A DNA stretch of 64,000 nucleotides, from positions 49,095 through 113,094 of the forward strand of contig CAZRNR010000001.1 of NCBI GenBank assembly GCA_964601505.1, in the 5' to 3' direction. Source of the stretch: an uncultured bacterium (GTDB lineage Bacteria; Calescibacteriota; Calescibacteriia; Calescibacteriales; Calescibacteriaceae). Within the stretch, counting starts at the first letter, position 1. Every line of letters begins with the position of its first letter. The notes beneath the pieces are model-generated. The model was not told the origin of the DNA. It worked only from the letters and a program-made list of their open reading frames with translations, and ran no database searches. Made by a program: the position numbers and the translations under genes. Shown here one piece after another: positions 1-9,485 of the stretch.

Positions 1-77
1 AGATAGTAGAGATTGAGTTTCCGGTAAAGTGTTCTATAAATCCATATTTCATTCACAAGAAACACAGATTTTTAATT

Positions 78-1451
78 GTGATAGGAGAACTCATAAGAGA
101 TTTAGTAATTGAATTAGATAAACTTTCAATTCCAGAGGACCTGAATTTCATTTTAGATTTCCAGATAAAGAATCTCAATCTATCTGCTGAAATAGGTAGA
201 AAGGCGATAAAATATGAATACGAGAGAGCGAAAAAGTTCTTAGGTGATGAAATCTTATCTGCGAGCATCAATGCAGCAGCTTCTATTTTTTATGACTGGG
301 ATGATTATCTCTTTGCTGGACATACAGGTCATTCCTCTGTCTTTGTCTCCCAAGCTTTAACCAAAGATCCTGAAAAGTTCATAAAATCTGTTCTTATAGG
401 AAATGAGATAGGTGGTAGAATAGGGATACTCTGTCTTATTGGACCCCTTAATGGGCAGATGATGTCATATATACACGGTATAGTGTCTTGTGTTCTAACA
501 GAATATATTCAGGGAGATGTATCAAATATTCCAGAAAGATTTTCATACTATATATCTAATCCGAATTTTCTCACATATGGTGGTTTTATGGGAGGCAATA
601 CAAAAATCTTTTCTTCGGTTTTTCCAATAGTTTCTGGTATGCTTACATCAGTCTTTGAACTTGGAAGTAATAATTTCTCGGAAGGAGGCTTTCTTGACCT
701 TTTTTCATTCTCTTCGCTGAATGAAAAGAAATTAGAAGAAATATTCTCACCGTCATTCTTTCTCACAAGAACTCTTATGGTTAAGAAATATCCAGCTTGT
801 GCGTATATTATACCTCAAATAGAGTGTGCATTATCTATAAGAGATCAAATAGAAGACATTGAAGGAGATGTGGATATTGGGAAAATCAAAAAAATAAAAA
901 TTGAATATTCAGCTATAAATCAAATTCTTGATAAAATATCTTCAAGATTCTTTACGGAAAATTTTTCGAACAGAATTCCTTTGCAGTTTTCAACTCCTCT
1001 TGCTTTCTCTCTAGCACTCCTTGGGAAGGGTGATTTCAATTGTAGATCTTATTCAAATTTTATCAAAAGCGATCTTTTTAGAATCTACGGAAAAATTCAG
1101 ACTGTGCATAACCAATCTTTTACAGTTAAGATTATCAAGAATGTTTTGAAACACTTCCATTTTATTCCCATGCCGAACATCAGTAAAATTGGAAATATAT
1201 TGTTGGAAATTGTAAAGGATAGAGCTATTCTGGACATATCTCCAAAATTTATATTTGATCTAATCTTGAATCTTCAGGGAGATAGAGCGAATCCTGATGA
1301 TTTTCAATTCGTTTTCCCAACTCGCGTTCAAGTTTTCTATGGAGATATTGTCTTTGAAGAGGAGAAAGAATCACATTCTTTCTTGGCAAGAAAGATGAAA
1401 AAAGAAGAAGTTGAAGATTTTTTAAAGTTCAAAAGTCTCTGTAAGATCTGA
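78..1451 (+). CDS. MmgE/PrpD-family protein (2-methylcitrate dehydratase-like)
   Basis: 457 aa. The segment 'SINAAASIFYDWDDYLFAGHTGHSSVFVSQALTK...FIKSVLIGNEIGGRIG' aligns by eye with the E. coli PrpD core '[34 protein letters not shown]...VLTAMIKAHEIQGCIA'. Recalled from memory, not searched. Confidence 0.5.
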   Translation: MIGELIRDLVIELDKLSIPEDLNFILDFQIKNLNLSAEIGRKAIKYEYERAKKFLGDEILSASINAAASIFYDWDDYLFAGHTGHSSVFVSQALTKDPEKFIKSVLIGNEIGGRIGILCLIGPLNGQMMSYIHGIVSCVLTEYIQGDVSNIPERFSYYISNPNFLTYGGFMGGNTKIFSSVFPIVSGMLTSVFELGSNNFSEGGFLDLFSFSSLNEKKLEEIFSPSFFLTRTLMVKKYPACAYIIPQIECALSIRDQIEDIEGDVDIGKIKKIKIEYSAINQILDKISSRFFTENFSNRIPLQFSTPLAFSLALLGKGDFNCRSYSNFIKSDLFRIYGKIQTVHNQSFTVKIIKNVLKHFHFIPMPNISKIGNILLEIVKDRAILDISPKFIFDLILNLQGDRANPDDFQFVFPTRVQVFYGDIVFEEEKESHSFLARKMKKEEVEDFLKFKSLCKI

Positions 1452-1771
1452 ATTAATTCACTTTTTTGATATGGAAAGGTAATATTTAGGGTATCATACT
1501 TTATTCAAATAAATCCTTGTATAGAATTAGTAATGTTTTTAAAGCTTGAGGAATATCTAAAATTAAAGTGTTATTCTTGATAAGCTTATTTCAAAATATA
1601 CTAAAATCTCATAAATTGCGGGATTTTTCAACCTATTACACTGAAAAAATTAGGAAAGGAAAGCTGGATGATGTGTCCAAATACTATAAAACAGAAATCA
1701 ATTCTCAAATAGATCTGAATTTTATGTAAGCTGCAGAAATAATAAAATATTGAGTTATCTATGAATTTATT

Positions 1772-1825
1772 ATGTCAATTAACATAACAAGTCTAAAAGT
1801 TTTGATGCATATGTCAATCAACATA
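1772..1825. promoter_or_regulatory. Two copies of a 15-bp near-palindromic box (ATGTCAATTAACATA at 1772-1786, ATGTCAATCAACATA at 1811-1825), 60-110 bp upstream of the FNR-like/adk operon
   Basis: Read directly in the sequence. Copy 1 is an almost perfect palindrome (ATGTyAATTrACAT). The copies differ at one position and are 39 bp apart start to start. Confidence 0.35.
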
Positions 1826-1884
1826 AGCGATAAAAATCTGCAAAATTGTAAAGCTAAACTTTTTCTAGAAACTTATTTTCCTGT

Positions 1885-2625
1885 ATGAGTCAGTTTCCGC
1901 AAGCAGAGCTTATAGAGAGGATTGATTTTTCTGAGGATCTTGGTATGTTTAAGTTCCGTTTTCCTGAGAAATCTAATTTTGTTCCGGGTCAGTATGCTAC
2001 TATTGGCCTTGAAGGTGAAGATGGAAAGATAATATGGAGGCCATATTCAATAGTATCGTCCCCATATGAAGATTTCATTGAATTTTATATAGAATTGGTT
2101 CCACATGGGAAGCTTACTCCGAAGATATGGAAGCTTAAAGTGGGGGATAAGGTCTGGATAAGGCCAAGAATTGTTGGGAAATTTAACTTGTCCCAGGATG
2201 TAAGCAATCATATTTTTGTTTCTACTGTCACGGGTGCAGCACCTTTCATAAGTATGATAAGAACACAAAAATATGATCTTGAGTCTGGTAGGCTAAAGGT
2301 TCCTCATCGTTTCCTAATACTTCATGGAGCTTCAAGATCTTGGGAACTTGGAATATATCTCAAAGAATTATCTGAGTTATCGAAAAAAGTCGATTGGCTT
2401 ATATATATCCCAACTGTTTCAAGACCATGGGAGGACCCTCAATGGACAGGTGAGACGGGTAGGGTGGATGAAATAGTTAGAAAGTATATAGATATGTATT
2501 CTTTCAATCACACAAACTCTGTTGCTTATCTCTGTGGAAATCCGGATATGATACAGAATGTCAAAGGTATTATGAGGAGAGCAAGATTTCCAGAAGACAG
2601 AATAAAGGAGGAAAAATATTACTGA
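1885..2625 (+). CDS. Ferredoxin-NADP+ reductase-like FAD/NAD(P)-binding oxidoreductase
   Basis: 246 aa. Carries the 'RPYSI' FAD-binding RxYS motif, a GxxS/T NAD(P) region and a C-terminal 'LCGNPDM'. The stop overlaps the adk start (ATGA). Confidence 0.6.
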   Translation: MSQFPQAELIERIDFSEDLGMFKFRFPEKSNFVPGQYATIGLEGEDGKIIWRPYSIVSSPYEDFIEFYIELVPHGKLTPKIWKLKVGDKVWIRPRIVGKFNLSQDVSNHIFVSTVTGAAPFISMIRTQKYDLESGRLKVPHRFLILHGASRSWELGIYLKELSELSKKVDWLIYIPTVSRPWEDPQWTGETGRVDEIVRKYIDMYSFNHTNSVAYLCGNPDMIQNVKGIMRRARFPEDRIKEEKYY

Positions 2626-3269
2626 TGATTTCTTTCCTTATATTTTTCGGACCTCCCGGTAGTGGTAAAGGAACACAGGGTAAGATGATTTCTCGTGAGC
2701 TTGGAATTCCTCATATAGCAACAGGTGATATAATGAGGGAAGCTGTTGCTTCTGAAACAGAACTTGGAAGAAAAGTAAAAGATTATATAGGACGGGGGCT
2801 ACTTGTGCCAGATGATGTGGTCATAAAGATAATTGAGGAAAGGTTGAGTAAAGATGATGTAAAGCAAGGTTTTATACTTGACGGTTTTCCAAGAACATTA
2901 GAGCAAGCTGAATCTCTTGATAGACTCTTTGCAAAGCTCGGTATAAAAGATTTTAGGGTCATATACTTTGATGTTCCAGATGATGAAATTGTAAAAAGGG
3001 TTTCAGGAAGAAGAACCTGCATAAAATGTGGGAAAGTTTATAACATATTTTTTAATCCACCGAGAGTTCAGAGTAAATGTGATGATTGCAAGGCGGACCT
3101 TCAGGTTAGGGAAGACGATTCAGAGGAGAAAGTTAGGAAGAGGCTTGATGTTTATAGAAATAGCACGCTACCAGTTATTGATTTTTACAAAGAGCGTGTT
3201 ATCAAAATATCAGCGGTTGGAGATATAGAAAGCATAAAGAAAAAAATCATACAAAGCATATCAAAATAG
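2625..3269 (+). CDS. adk: Adenylate kinase
   Basis: P-loop 'GPPGSGKGTQ' and a LID domain with Zn-binding CxxC...CxDC (CIKCG...CDDC). About 214 aa. Confidence 0.9.
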   Translation: MISFLIFFGPPGSGKGTQGKMISRELGIPHIATGDIMREAVASETELGRKVKDYIGRGLLVPDDVVIKIIEERLSKDDVKQGFILDGFPRTLEQAESLDRLFAKLGIKDFRVIYFDVPDDEIVKRVSGRRTCIKCGKVYNIFFNPPRVQSKCDDCKADLQVREDDSEEKVRKRLDVYRNSTLPVIDFYKERVIKISAVGDIESIKKKIIQSISK

Positions 3270-3300
3270 TATTTCCTGTTTTATAGGTTATGTTTATTTA

Positions 3301-4761
3301 GTGGGTAAAATTAAACTTATAATCATGCTTTTTAGCTCATCACCAGCTTATACAATCCTTGTAAGACTAAGGTTCAAAAATAGAGTGGGAATGCTCGGAC
3401 TTGTAACATCTGTAATAAATGATGTAGGGGGAGAAGTAAGAGGCATAATGGTTGTTGAATCAGGGAGAGATTGGATAACTCGTGAGATTCATATAAATGT
3501 TAGGGACGGTTCGCATGCTAAAGAGGTTATAAAAAATATATCAAAAATAGAGGGGGTCGTCGTTGAGTCTGTTTCAGATAGAACGTTTATCTCTCATCTT
3601 GGAGGGAAACTTGAAGTTATTTCAAAAAGAAAAATAGCGACATCGGAAGACCTTTCAAGAGTATATACTCCCGGGGTTGGGAGAGTTGTTAAAGCTATAG
3701 AGATGTATCCAGATACCGTTTTCACGCATACTATAAAATCTAATACTGTTGCGATCTTAACAGATGGTTCCGCTGTTTTGGGTTTTGGAAATGTTGGACC
3801 ATATGCAGCTATACCTGTTATGGAGGGAAAAGCAGCTATTATGAAGGAGTTTGCTGGGATAAACGGATTCCCAATATGTCTTGCTACTCAGGATGTAGAT
3901 CAGATTGTTTCCATTGTTCAGAAGATATCTCCAGTTTTTGGAGCATTCAATCTTGAAGATATCGCAGCTCCGAGATGTTTTGAAATAGAAAAAAAGTTGA
4001 GTGAAACCTTAGATGTTCCTGTTATGCACGATGATCAACATGCTACAGCTATTGTAGTGGTTGCTGCTCTCTTGAACTCTCTTAAGGTTGTTGGGAAGAA
4101 CCTTTTTGATATAAAGATAGTTATAAATGGTATCGGAGCAGCCGGATATGCAACTGCTTCGCTCCTTCTGAAATTGGGAATAAAAAATATTATACTTTGT
4201 GATAGAAAAGGTGCTATAGGTAGAAACGGTGAAAATGCTCTTAATGATTATCAGAGATACATATCACAATTTACAAATGAAGATAATTACACAGGTGATT
4301 TGAAAGGAGCCTTGAAGGGTGCAGATGTCTTCATCGGTCTTTCAGTAGGAGATATACTCAAGGGGGAGGATCTAAAAGTTATGAACAAAGATGCTATTGT
4401 TTTCGCGCTTGCGAACCCTATACCGGAAGTGAATCCACTTGAAGCAGAGAAATATGTCAGAATTGTAGCAACTGGAAGATCAGATTTTCCAAATCAGATA
4501 AACAACGCTATAGTTTATCCTGGTTTCTTCAAGGGGCTACTGCAAGCCCGAGCTACTAAAATAAACGATGATATGAAAATAGCTGCAGCTTATGCTATAT
4601 CTCACCTTATAGATGAATCTGAACTATACGAAGAATATATTATCCCATCTATTTTTGACCTAAGAGTTGTTGATACTATTGCCGAGGCTGTTTCCGCTAT
4701 CGCTATAAGAGATGGACTTGTAAGAAAAATAAACCCAGTAAAAGACATAGTTGAAATCTAA
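3301..4761 (+). CDS. NAD(P)-dependent malic enzyme with N-terminal ACT-like domain
   Basis: Malic-enzyme Rossmann motifs ('GIGAAGYA', 'FALANP') and an N-terminal regulatory extension. The start is uncertain (GTG at 3301, or ATG at 3325). Confidence 0.8.
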   Translation: MGKIKLIIMLFSSSPAYTILVRLRFKNRVGMLGLVTSVINDVGGEVRGIMVVESGRDWITREIHINVRDGSHAKEVIKNISKIEGVVVESVSDRTFISHLGGKLEVISKRKIATSEDLSRVYTPGVGRVVKAIEMYPDTVFTHTIKSNTVAILTDGSAVLGFGNVGPYAAIPVMEGKAAIMKEFAGINGFPICLATQDVDQIVSIVQKISPVFGAFNLEDIAAPRCFEIEKKLSETLDVPVMHDDQHATAIVVVAALLNSLKVVGKNLFDIKIVINGIGAAGYATASLLLKLGIKNIILCDRKGAIGRNGENALNDYQRYISQFTNEDNYTGDLKGALKGADVFIGLSVGDILKGEDLKVMNKDAIVFALANPIPEVNPLEAEKYVRIVATGRSDFPNQINNAIVYPGFFKGLLQARATKINDDMKIAAAYAISHLIDESELYEEYIIPSIFDLRVVDTIAEAVSAIAIRDGLVRKINPVKDIVEI

Positions 4762-4835
4762 TAGATGTAGCTGATATTCTATTTTAGCACATTAGATTTC
4801 TCTAAATCTCAAGAGGATAATTATAATAAGGAAAT

Positions 4836-5159
4836 CTAAATTCTTCTGTCTAATCGTCTGAATACTATGCTTTCATCCTTATCTCCTTGTTTTTCGTCAT
4901 TTCTGTCTTTATTTTCTTTGTCTTTCTTACGTCTTTGCGATAGGAGAGCTTTTCTTTTTCTTTCCTCATCTTCTACAGGTTGAATCATTTCACTTTTGTT
5001 TGTTTCAGGTATTGTTTCTGTTTTTTTTTGGGACTCCTTTCCTTCTGCTATTTTTTGCATGTGCTGTATTGATTCTGCCACTTGAGGGTTCCCAACATTA
5101 GTCTGAATCCTTTCTGCATTTACCGTCTGTATAACTGTTTGTTGGAATTCAACCCTCAT
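4836..5159 (-). CDS. Hypothetical Lys/Glu/Arg-rich small protein
   Basis: 107-aa ORF with a highly charged C-terminus. Weak RBS. No recognisable domain. Confidence 0.3.
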   Translation of the reverse strand: MRVEFQQTVIQTVNAERIQTNVGNPQVAESIQHMQKIAEGKESQKKTETIPETNKSEMIQPVEDEERKRKALLSQRRKKDKENKDRNDEKQGDKDESIVFRRLDRRI

Positions 5160-5400
5160 TCCAAATTAATATTAATCGGATTTCAGAAAAATATTTTGAT
5201 TCCGATTTTTTATATTTTAAATTTCCTTAGGTTTTATTTTATTCTCCGTTTGTATCTAAACTGATTAGCTGTTTCAAAATGTCCCAAAGTTAGAATGTAT
5301 CAATTTATGAAAAATTAAAGAATTAAACTCCTTTATCAAACTAATCTTCTTGAAGTTTTCAAATATTTTCTTATCATTCTGTATCTTATTATTAGTTCTT

Positions 5401-5970
5401 ATGCGAAAGCTTACGTTCCCAAAAGGTAGTACTATATATGCTCAGGGTGAAGTTATCAATTATGTTTTTATAGTCAAAAAAGGTAAAGTGAAACTTTACT
5501 TCCTGGATAATGGTAAAGAGTTTTCTTTTGACCTTGTTGATCATAATGAAATCTTTGGCGGCTTTGGAGAAGCACAAGAGTTCGCTCAGTCTTTTGAGGA
5601 TTCCCAAATTATTCTCATCTCATTTGATGAACTTCGGAGATTGAAAAGAAACACCCTATTATGGATTCTGGAGAGAATGAATCAGAGATACAAGATATCT
5701 AAATTGAGAATGAAGAAACTTGCTTTTATGTCTCTTGAAGATAGGATTATACATACAGCTTTGTGGCTTGCCCAAAAAGTTGGTAATTTAGAAGATGGCA
5801 AAATTATTCTTAATTTATCCCATGAAGATTTCGCTTCTTTTTGTGGAGCAACAAGAGAATGTGTTTCAAAAGTTCTTTCACAAATGAAGAATTCCGGTTT
5901 AGTTGAAACAGGAAGAAAAAAAATTGTGTTATACATCACAGAAAAAAGTCGTGTTTGGGGACTACTATAA
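5401..5970 (+). CDS. Crp/Fnr-family transcriptional regulator (cNMP-binding domain plus C-terminal HTH)
   Basis: β-roll motifs ('IYAQGEVINYVFIVKKGKVKLY') and an HTH 'SHEDFASFCGATRECVSKVLSQMKNSGLVE'. There is no N-terminal Cys cluster, so this is not a classical FNR. The start is probably the internal ATG at 5401; the ORF in the track extends to 5350. Confidence 0.75.
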   Translation: MRKLTFPKGSTIYAQGEVINYVFIVKKGKVKLYFLDNGKEFSFDLVDHNEIFGGFGEAQEFAQSFEDSQIILISFDELRRLKRNTLLWILERMNQRYKISKLRMKKLAFMSLEDRIIHTALWLAQKVGNLEDGKIILNLSHEDFASFCGATRECVSKVLSQMKNSGLVETGRKKIVLYITEKSRVWGLL

Positions 5971-5989
5971 ATTAAGGAGGTTTGATTCC

Positions 5990-6202
5990 ATGGCAAGAGT
6001 TATAATTCATAAAGAAAAATCACCTATTGAGGTAAAGGTTGGTGATAAAAGTGTTTGGATATGCCGTTGTGGGCTTACAACAAACCCTCCGTATTGTTCA
6101 GGAAAGCACAAAGAAATAAAAGATGAAGATGATCAGAAGCTTTACATTTATGAGCAGGATAAAAAGTATGAAGTTGAACTAATAAAAAGGGAGGTGAAAT
6201 AA
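5990..6202 (+). CDS. CDGSH-type iron-sulfur domain protein
   Basis: Motif 'CRCGLTTNPPYCSGKH', the CDGSH [2Fe-2S] signature. RBS AAGGAGG at 5973-5979. Confidence 0.6.
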   Translation: MARVIIHKEKSPIEVKVGDKSVWICRCGLTTNPPYCSGKHKEIKDEDDQKLYIYEQDKKYEVELIKREVK

Positions 6203-6203
6203 A

Positions 6204-6617
6204 ATGGAAAAGATAAAAGATATTGGCTCACTTATAGGAAGAATAATAGTCGGAGTTTATTACAGCTTTGCTGGAATAGAACATTTTACAAACCTTAAGG
6301 GCATGGCAGGGTATGCTGCATCAAAAGGTGTTATACTGCCGGAGCTTGCTGTTATTTTCACCGGAATCCTTCTTCTTGTCGGAGGTTTGACTATTCTTAC
6401 TGGGTTTCTACCTGTTTTAGGGGTTCTTGCTCTAGTAGTGTTCTTCCTTCCAGTTACCTTTATTATGCATGACTTCTGGAATGTTCAAGATCCACAGATG
6501 AGAACTTTTCAGACAATAAGCTTTATGAAGAACATGGGGCTTATGGGATCTGCTCTTATACTTCTTGCAATCCCTGAACCTTGGAAATTTTCTATCAGTA
6601 AAAAGAAAAAGGAATAA
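6204..6617 (+). CDS. DoxX-family membrane protein
   Basis: 137 aa with four predicted TM helices and a DoxX-like pattern. Tight spacing (1 nt) to the CDGSH gene. Confidence 0.6.
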   Translation: MEKIKDIGSLIGRIIVGVYYSFAGIEHFTNLKGMAGYAASKGVILPELAVIFTGILLLVGGLTILTGFLPVLGVLALVVFFLPVTFIMHDFWNVQDPQMRTFQTISFMKNMGLMGSALILLAIPEPWKFSISKKKKE

Positions 6618-6946
6618 TCAGAAAGTTGTCCCGATTTTTCTCTTTTAAAGTAAAAATCGTTCAAGAATTGATCTATATGTGAATTGAAGCTTAAGTTTCT
6701 CTCCTATAGATGCGATTAATACATCTTGTTTTTCACTTTTGGTTTTTTCACTTATTATTCTTGGAATGTATCGCTGCTGAATCAAGTGTGAAATATCTTA
6801 AGGAAAATTTTTTTCTTTTTTGCAGACTTATAATCTAGATTCTCGGATATCTCGAGAAATATTTTTCTTACAAAACTTGTTTCTTATAATTGGAAGAAAT
6901 CTGAAAAAAATAACTTATGATTTCAGCATAAATTAGAATATGTATC

Positions 6947-7993
6947 ATGGTTTTGAGAGATAAAATTACAGATGAAGAGTTGTTGAGCTATGTGAGGCAG
7001 AGGTTAGATGATCTTACAAAACCAAAAGATAGTTTAGGGTATCTTGAGAAGATAGTCGAGAAATTCGCTCTGATCACCGGAAAAACTGAGTTTCAGCTTC
7101 CTCTGAAGAAAATCATTTCTGTTTTTTGTGGTGATCATGGTATAGCAGAAGAAGGGGTGAGCGCATACCCCCAGGAAGTCACAAAACAGATGGTTTATAA
7201 CTTTGTCAGAGGAGGAGCAGCCATAAATGTCATAGCTAAATTTGTAGGAGCAGATGTTTTTGTTGTAGATGTTGGCGTTAAAGGAAAAATAGAAAAAACT
7301 GGAGAAGGTTTGTGGGATTTTTTCATTGATTCTAAGATAAGAGAGGGGACGAGAAATTTTATCAAGGAACCAGCTATGACTCCAGATGAAGCTAAAAAAA
7401 GTATTGAAGTCGGATATAAAATGTCTGAAACCGCTCAGAAATATGATATAGCAGTTCCTGGAGATATGGGGATAGGTAATACTACACCATCGTCTGCTAT
7501 AGTAAGTTTTATAACTGAGCAACCACCAGAAAAAGTTGTTGGAAGAGGTACAGGAATAGACGACCAGAAGCTCAAAAGGAAAATAGAAATTGTTAGGCAA
7601 GCTATTGAAAAATGGAGACCTAAAGATGGTCTTGAAGCTCTTGAAAAATTCGGAGGATTTGAAATAGGAGCGATAGCTGGTTTCATATTGGGTTGCGTTG
7701 AGAAAAAGATTCCTGTTGTGGTAGATGGTATAATATCTCTGGCAGGTTTCTGCGTCGCCTATTCAATAGATAAAAGCGTATCTAAAAAAGTTTTTTTCGG
7801 ACATAAGACTTATGAGCCCGGAGGAGTAGTCATTCCAGAATTCTTCGGAGAGAGACCAATTATAGATCTGGAGATGCGTCTTGGTGAAGGCACAGGTGGA
7901 GCAATTGCTACAAACATAATAGAAATAGCTCTAAACCTATATATGAATATGGCTACATTCTCATCTGCCGGTGTATCTAGAAAAATCAGCTAA
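6947..7993 (+). CDS. cobT: Nicotinate-nucleotide--dimethylbenzimidazole phosphoribosyltransferase
   Basis: 348 aa with 'CGDHGIAEEGVSAYPQEVT' and 'GEGTGG', typical of CobT. Confidence 0.85.
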   Translation: MVLRDKITDEELLSYVRQRLDDLTKPKDSLGYLEKIVEKFALITGKTEFQLPLKKIISVFCGDHGIAEEGVSAYPQEVTKQMVYNFVRGGAAINVIAKFVGADVFVVDVGVKGKIEKTGEGLWDFFIDSKIREGTRNFIKEPAMTPDEAKKSIEVGYKMSETAQKYDIAVPGDMGIGNTTPSSAIVSFITEQPPEKVVGRGTGIDDQKLKRKIEIVRQAIEKWRPKDGLEALEKFGGFEIGAIAGFILGCVEKKIPVVVDGIISLAGFCVAYSIDKSVSKKVFFGHKTYEPGGVVIPEFFGERPIIDLEMRLGEGTGGAIATNIIEIALNLYMNMATFSSAGVSRKIS

Positions 7994-8136
7994 ACTCTTC
8001 CTGACTGAGGATTTATTGTTAAATGTGATTCCTTTAAATTTATTTATGAAGAAAAATCAAAATATATATAATGGACTATCCATTGATATCTTGGAATTTG
8101 TTTGTAATTTGCTGTCAAATTTTTAAAAAATAAAAC

Positions 8137-9129
8137 ATGCTTAGTAAAAAACTGTTGAAAGGGATTGAAATTATACAGAAGATGGAACCTAAAAGAGTAA
8201 GGGAGCTTTATGGTGAAGGGCACTTTGGAGAATATTACTTAGATAAGAATGATTTTTCTCCAGATGAACGCCTACTTATTCACTGGATAACTTACATTAC
8301 AAACAGGCAAATGCTAATAAAAAACGTATGGAATCGTATTCAAAAGGTTTTATCATTTTGGGTAAAGGAATATAAGAAAGAATGGAGTGAGCAGGTTATC
8401 AAGGAACTTTACGATAGTAAAAAAGGTTTTAAAGGGCATGATGGAACATTTGTGAAATCAAGGTTTTACAAGGACGATTATGAAAATATTAAGCGAACTT
8501 TGGATATACTTAAAAATTACAACAAGAGTTTTGCGGAGTTCATCTATAGATTATTGGAGATGTTTGGAACAGAAGACGAAAAGATAGTCAGGAAGATCGC
8601 AAGTGCTTTATTTCTCTTGTCTTACGACAAAGATTATAATACGAATGAAGCATTAAAAATACTATCTGATAAAAATAAGCTTGAAAATTATTATAATTCT
8701 TGGGAAAAAGAGGCAACAAAGGGCAAAAAACGTCTATGGGCTGCGTTCAGAGATTATATAAAAGAAGGGTCTGTATATCGTGAAGATCTTCTGGAAGCTT
8801 TCAGAAAAATGGGAGTTCCAGAAAAATATATAGAATTTTGGAAAAAACTCGGAACTGATTTTTTATATCTAAATCAGCTAGAATTGCCAGGCGATGTATG
8901 GAACGCTAATCCAGAATTTGCAAGAGAATTTTTAAAACCATTAGCTAAGGAGCTTAGAATCAATATAAAAGGAAGTATAAAACCACAAAATGTCTCAAAA
9001 TTAGTCAGAATGATATGTGATAAACTTCAGGAAGACTATGGAAAAAAAATTTATCCAGAACAGTTTGATTTTACATTTATCTCTGAGGAACTTGTAGAAG
9101 AGTTCTTTTCAGAATATCACCGTAATTAG
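8137..9129 (+). CDS. Hypothetical protein (330 aa, predicted all-alpha, no recognised motif)
   Basis: Long clean ORF between cobT and lon, flanked by 140- and 355-nt AT-rich intergenic regions. Confidence 0.5.
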   Translation: MLSKKLLKGIEIIQKMEPKRVRELYGEGHFGEYYLDKNDFSPDERLLIHWITYITNRQMLIKNVWNRIQKVLSFWVKEYKKEWSEQVIKELYDSKKGFKGHDGTFVKSRFYKDDYENIKRTLDILKNYNKSFAEFIYRLLEMFGTEDEKIVRKIASALFLLSYDKDYNTNEALKILSDKNKLENYYNSWEKEATKGKKRLWAAFRDYIKEGSVYREDLLEAFRKMGVPEKYIEFWKKLGTDFLYLNQLELPGDVWNANPEFAREFLKPLAKELRINIKGSIKPQNVSKLVRMICDKLQEDYGKKIYPEQFDFTFISEELVEEFFSEYHRN

Positions 9130-9485
9130 ACTTGTTTTTTTATTAATGTTGATAATTGTTTATCTTGTTCCATATAGCTTTATTTATAATTCAAAAGTGC
9201 TTTGTCTAATATTTCAATCTTCTCAGGAGACTTAAATTGATAAAATAAAAATCATCTAACAATATTTTGAGATCTTCATTGCTCTCTGATTATACTTCTC
9301 CACATTATAGGATAGGTTTCCGAATTAGTTAATGCTTCTGACCTGTTTTTGATTTGCACAGAACTTTGTATTGTTGCAAATTTTTAAGTTAAGCAAGGCA
9401 AACGAAATATGAAAAAATAAAACGGAAATTCTGTGTTTTGAACTAAAAATAGATAAAATTAAATAGAAGGTGAGGAGGTAAGGTT

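Noticed and set aside
5160-5349. Inverted repeat AATCGGA-N20-TCCGATT followed by a T-run
   Set aside because: The loop is too large for a confident intrinsic terminator, and no plus-strand gene ends immediately upstream. Not called as a feature.
6618-6946. Looked for a cobalamin riboswitch upstream of cobT. Also checked 16557-16912 upstream of cbiET.
   Set aside because: No B12-box-like GCCACTG or conserved riboswitch core is visible. The leaders are simply AT-rich.
9130-9485. Looked for a CIRCE/HrcA element (TTAGCACTC-N9-GAGTGCTAA) upstream of lon. A TTGCAC-N5-TTTGT stretch looks weakly sigma-54-like.
   Set aside because: No CIRCE is present. The sigma-54-like match misses the invariant GG and GC dinucleotides.
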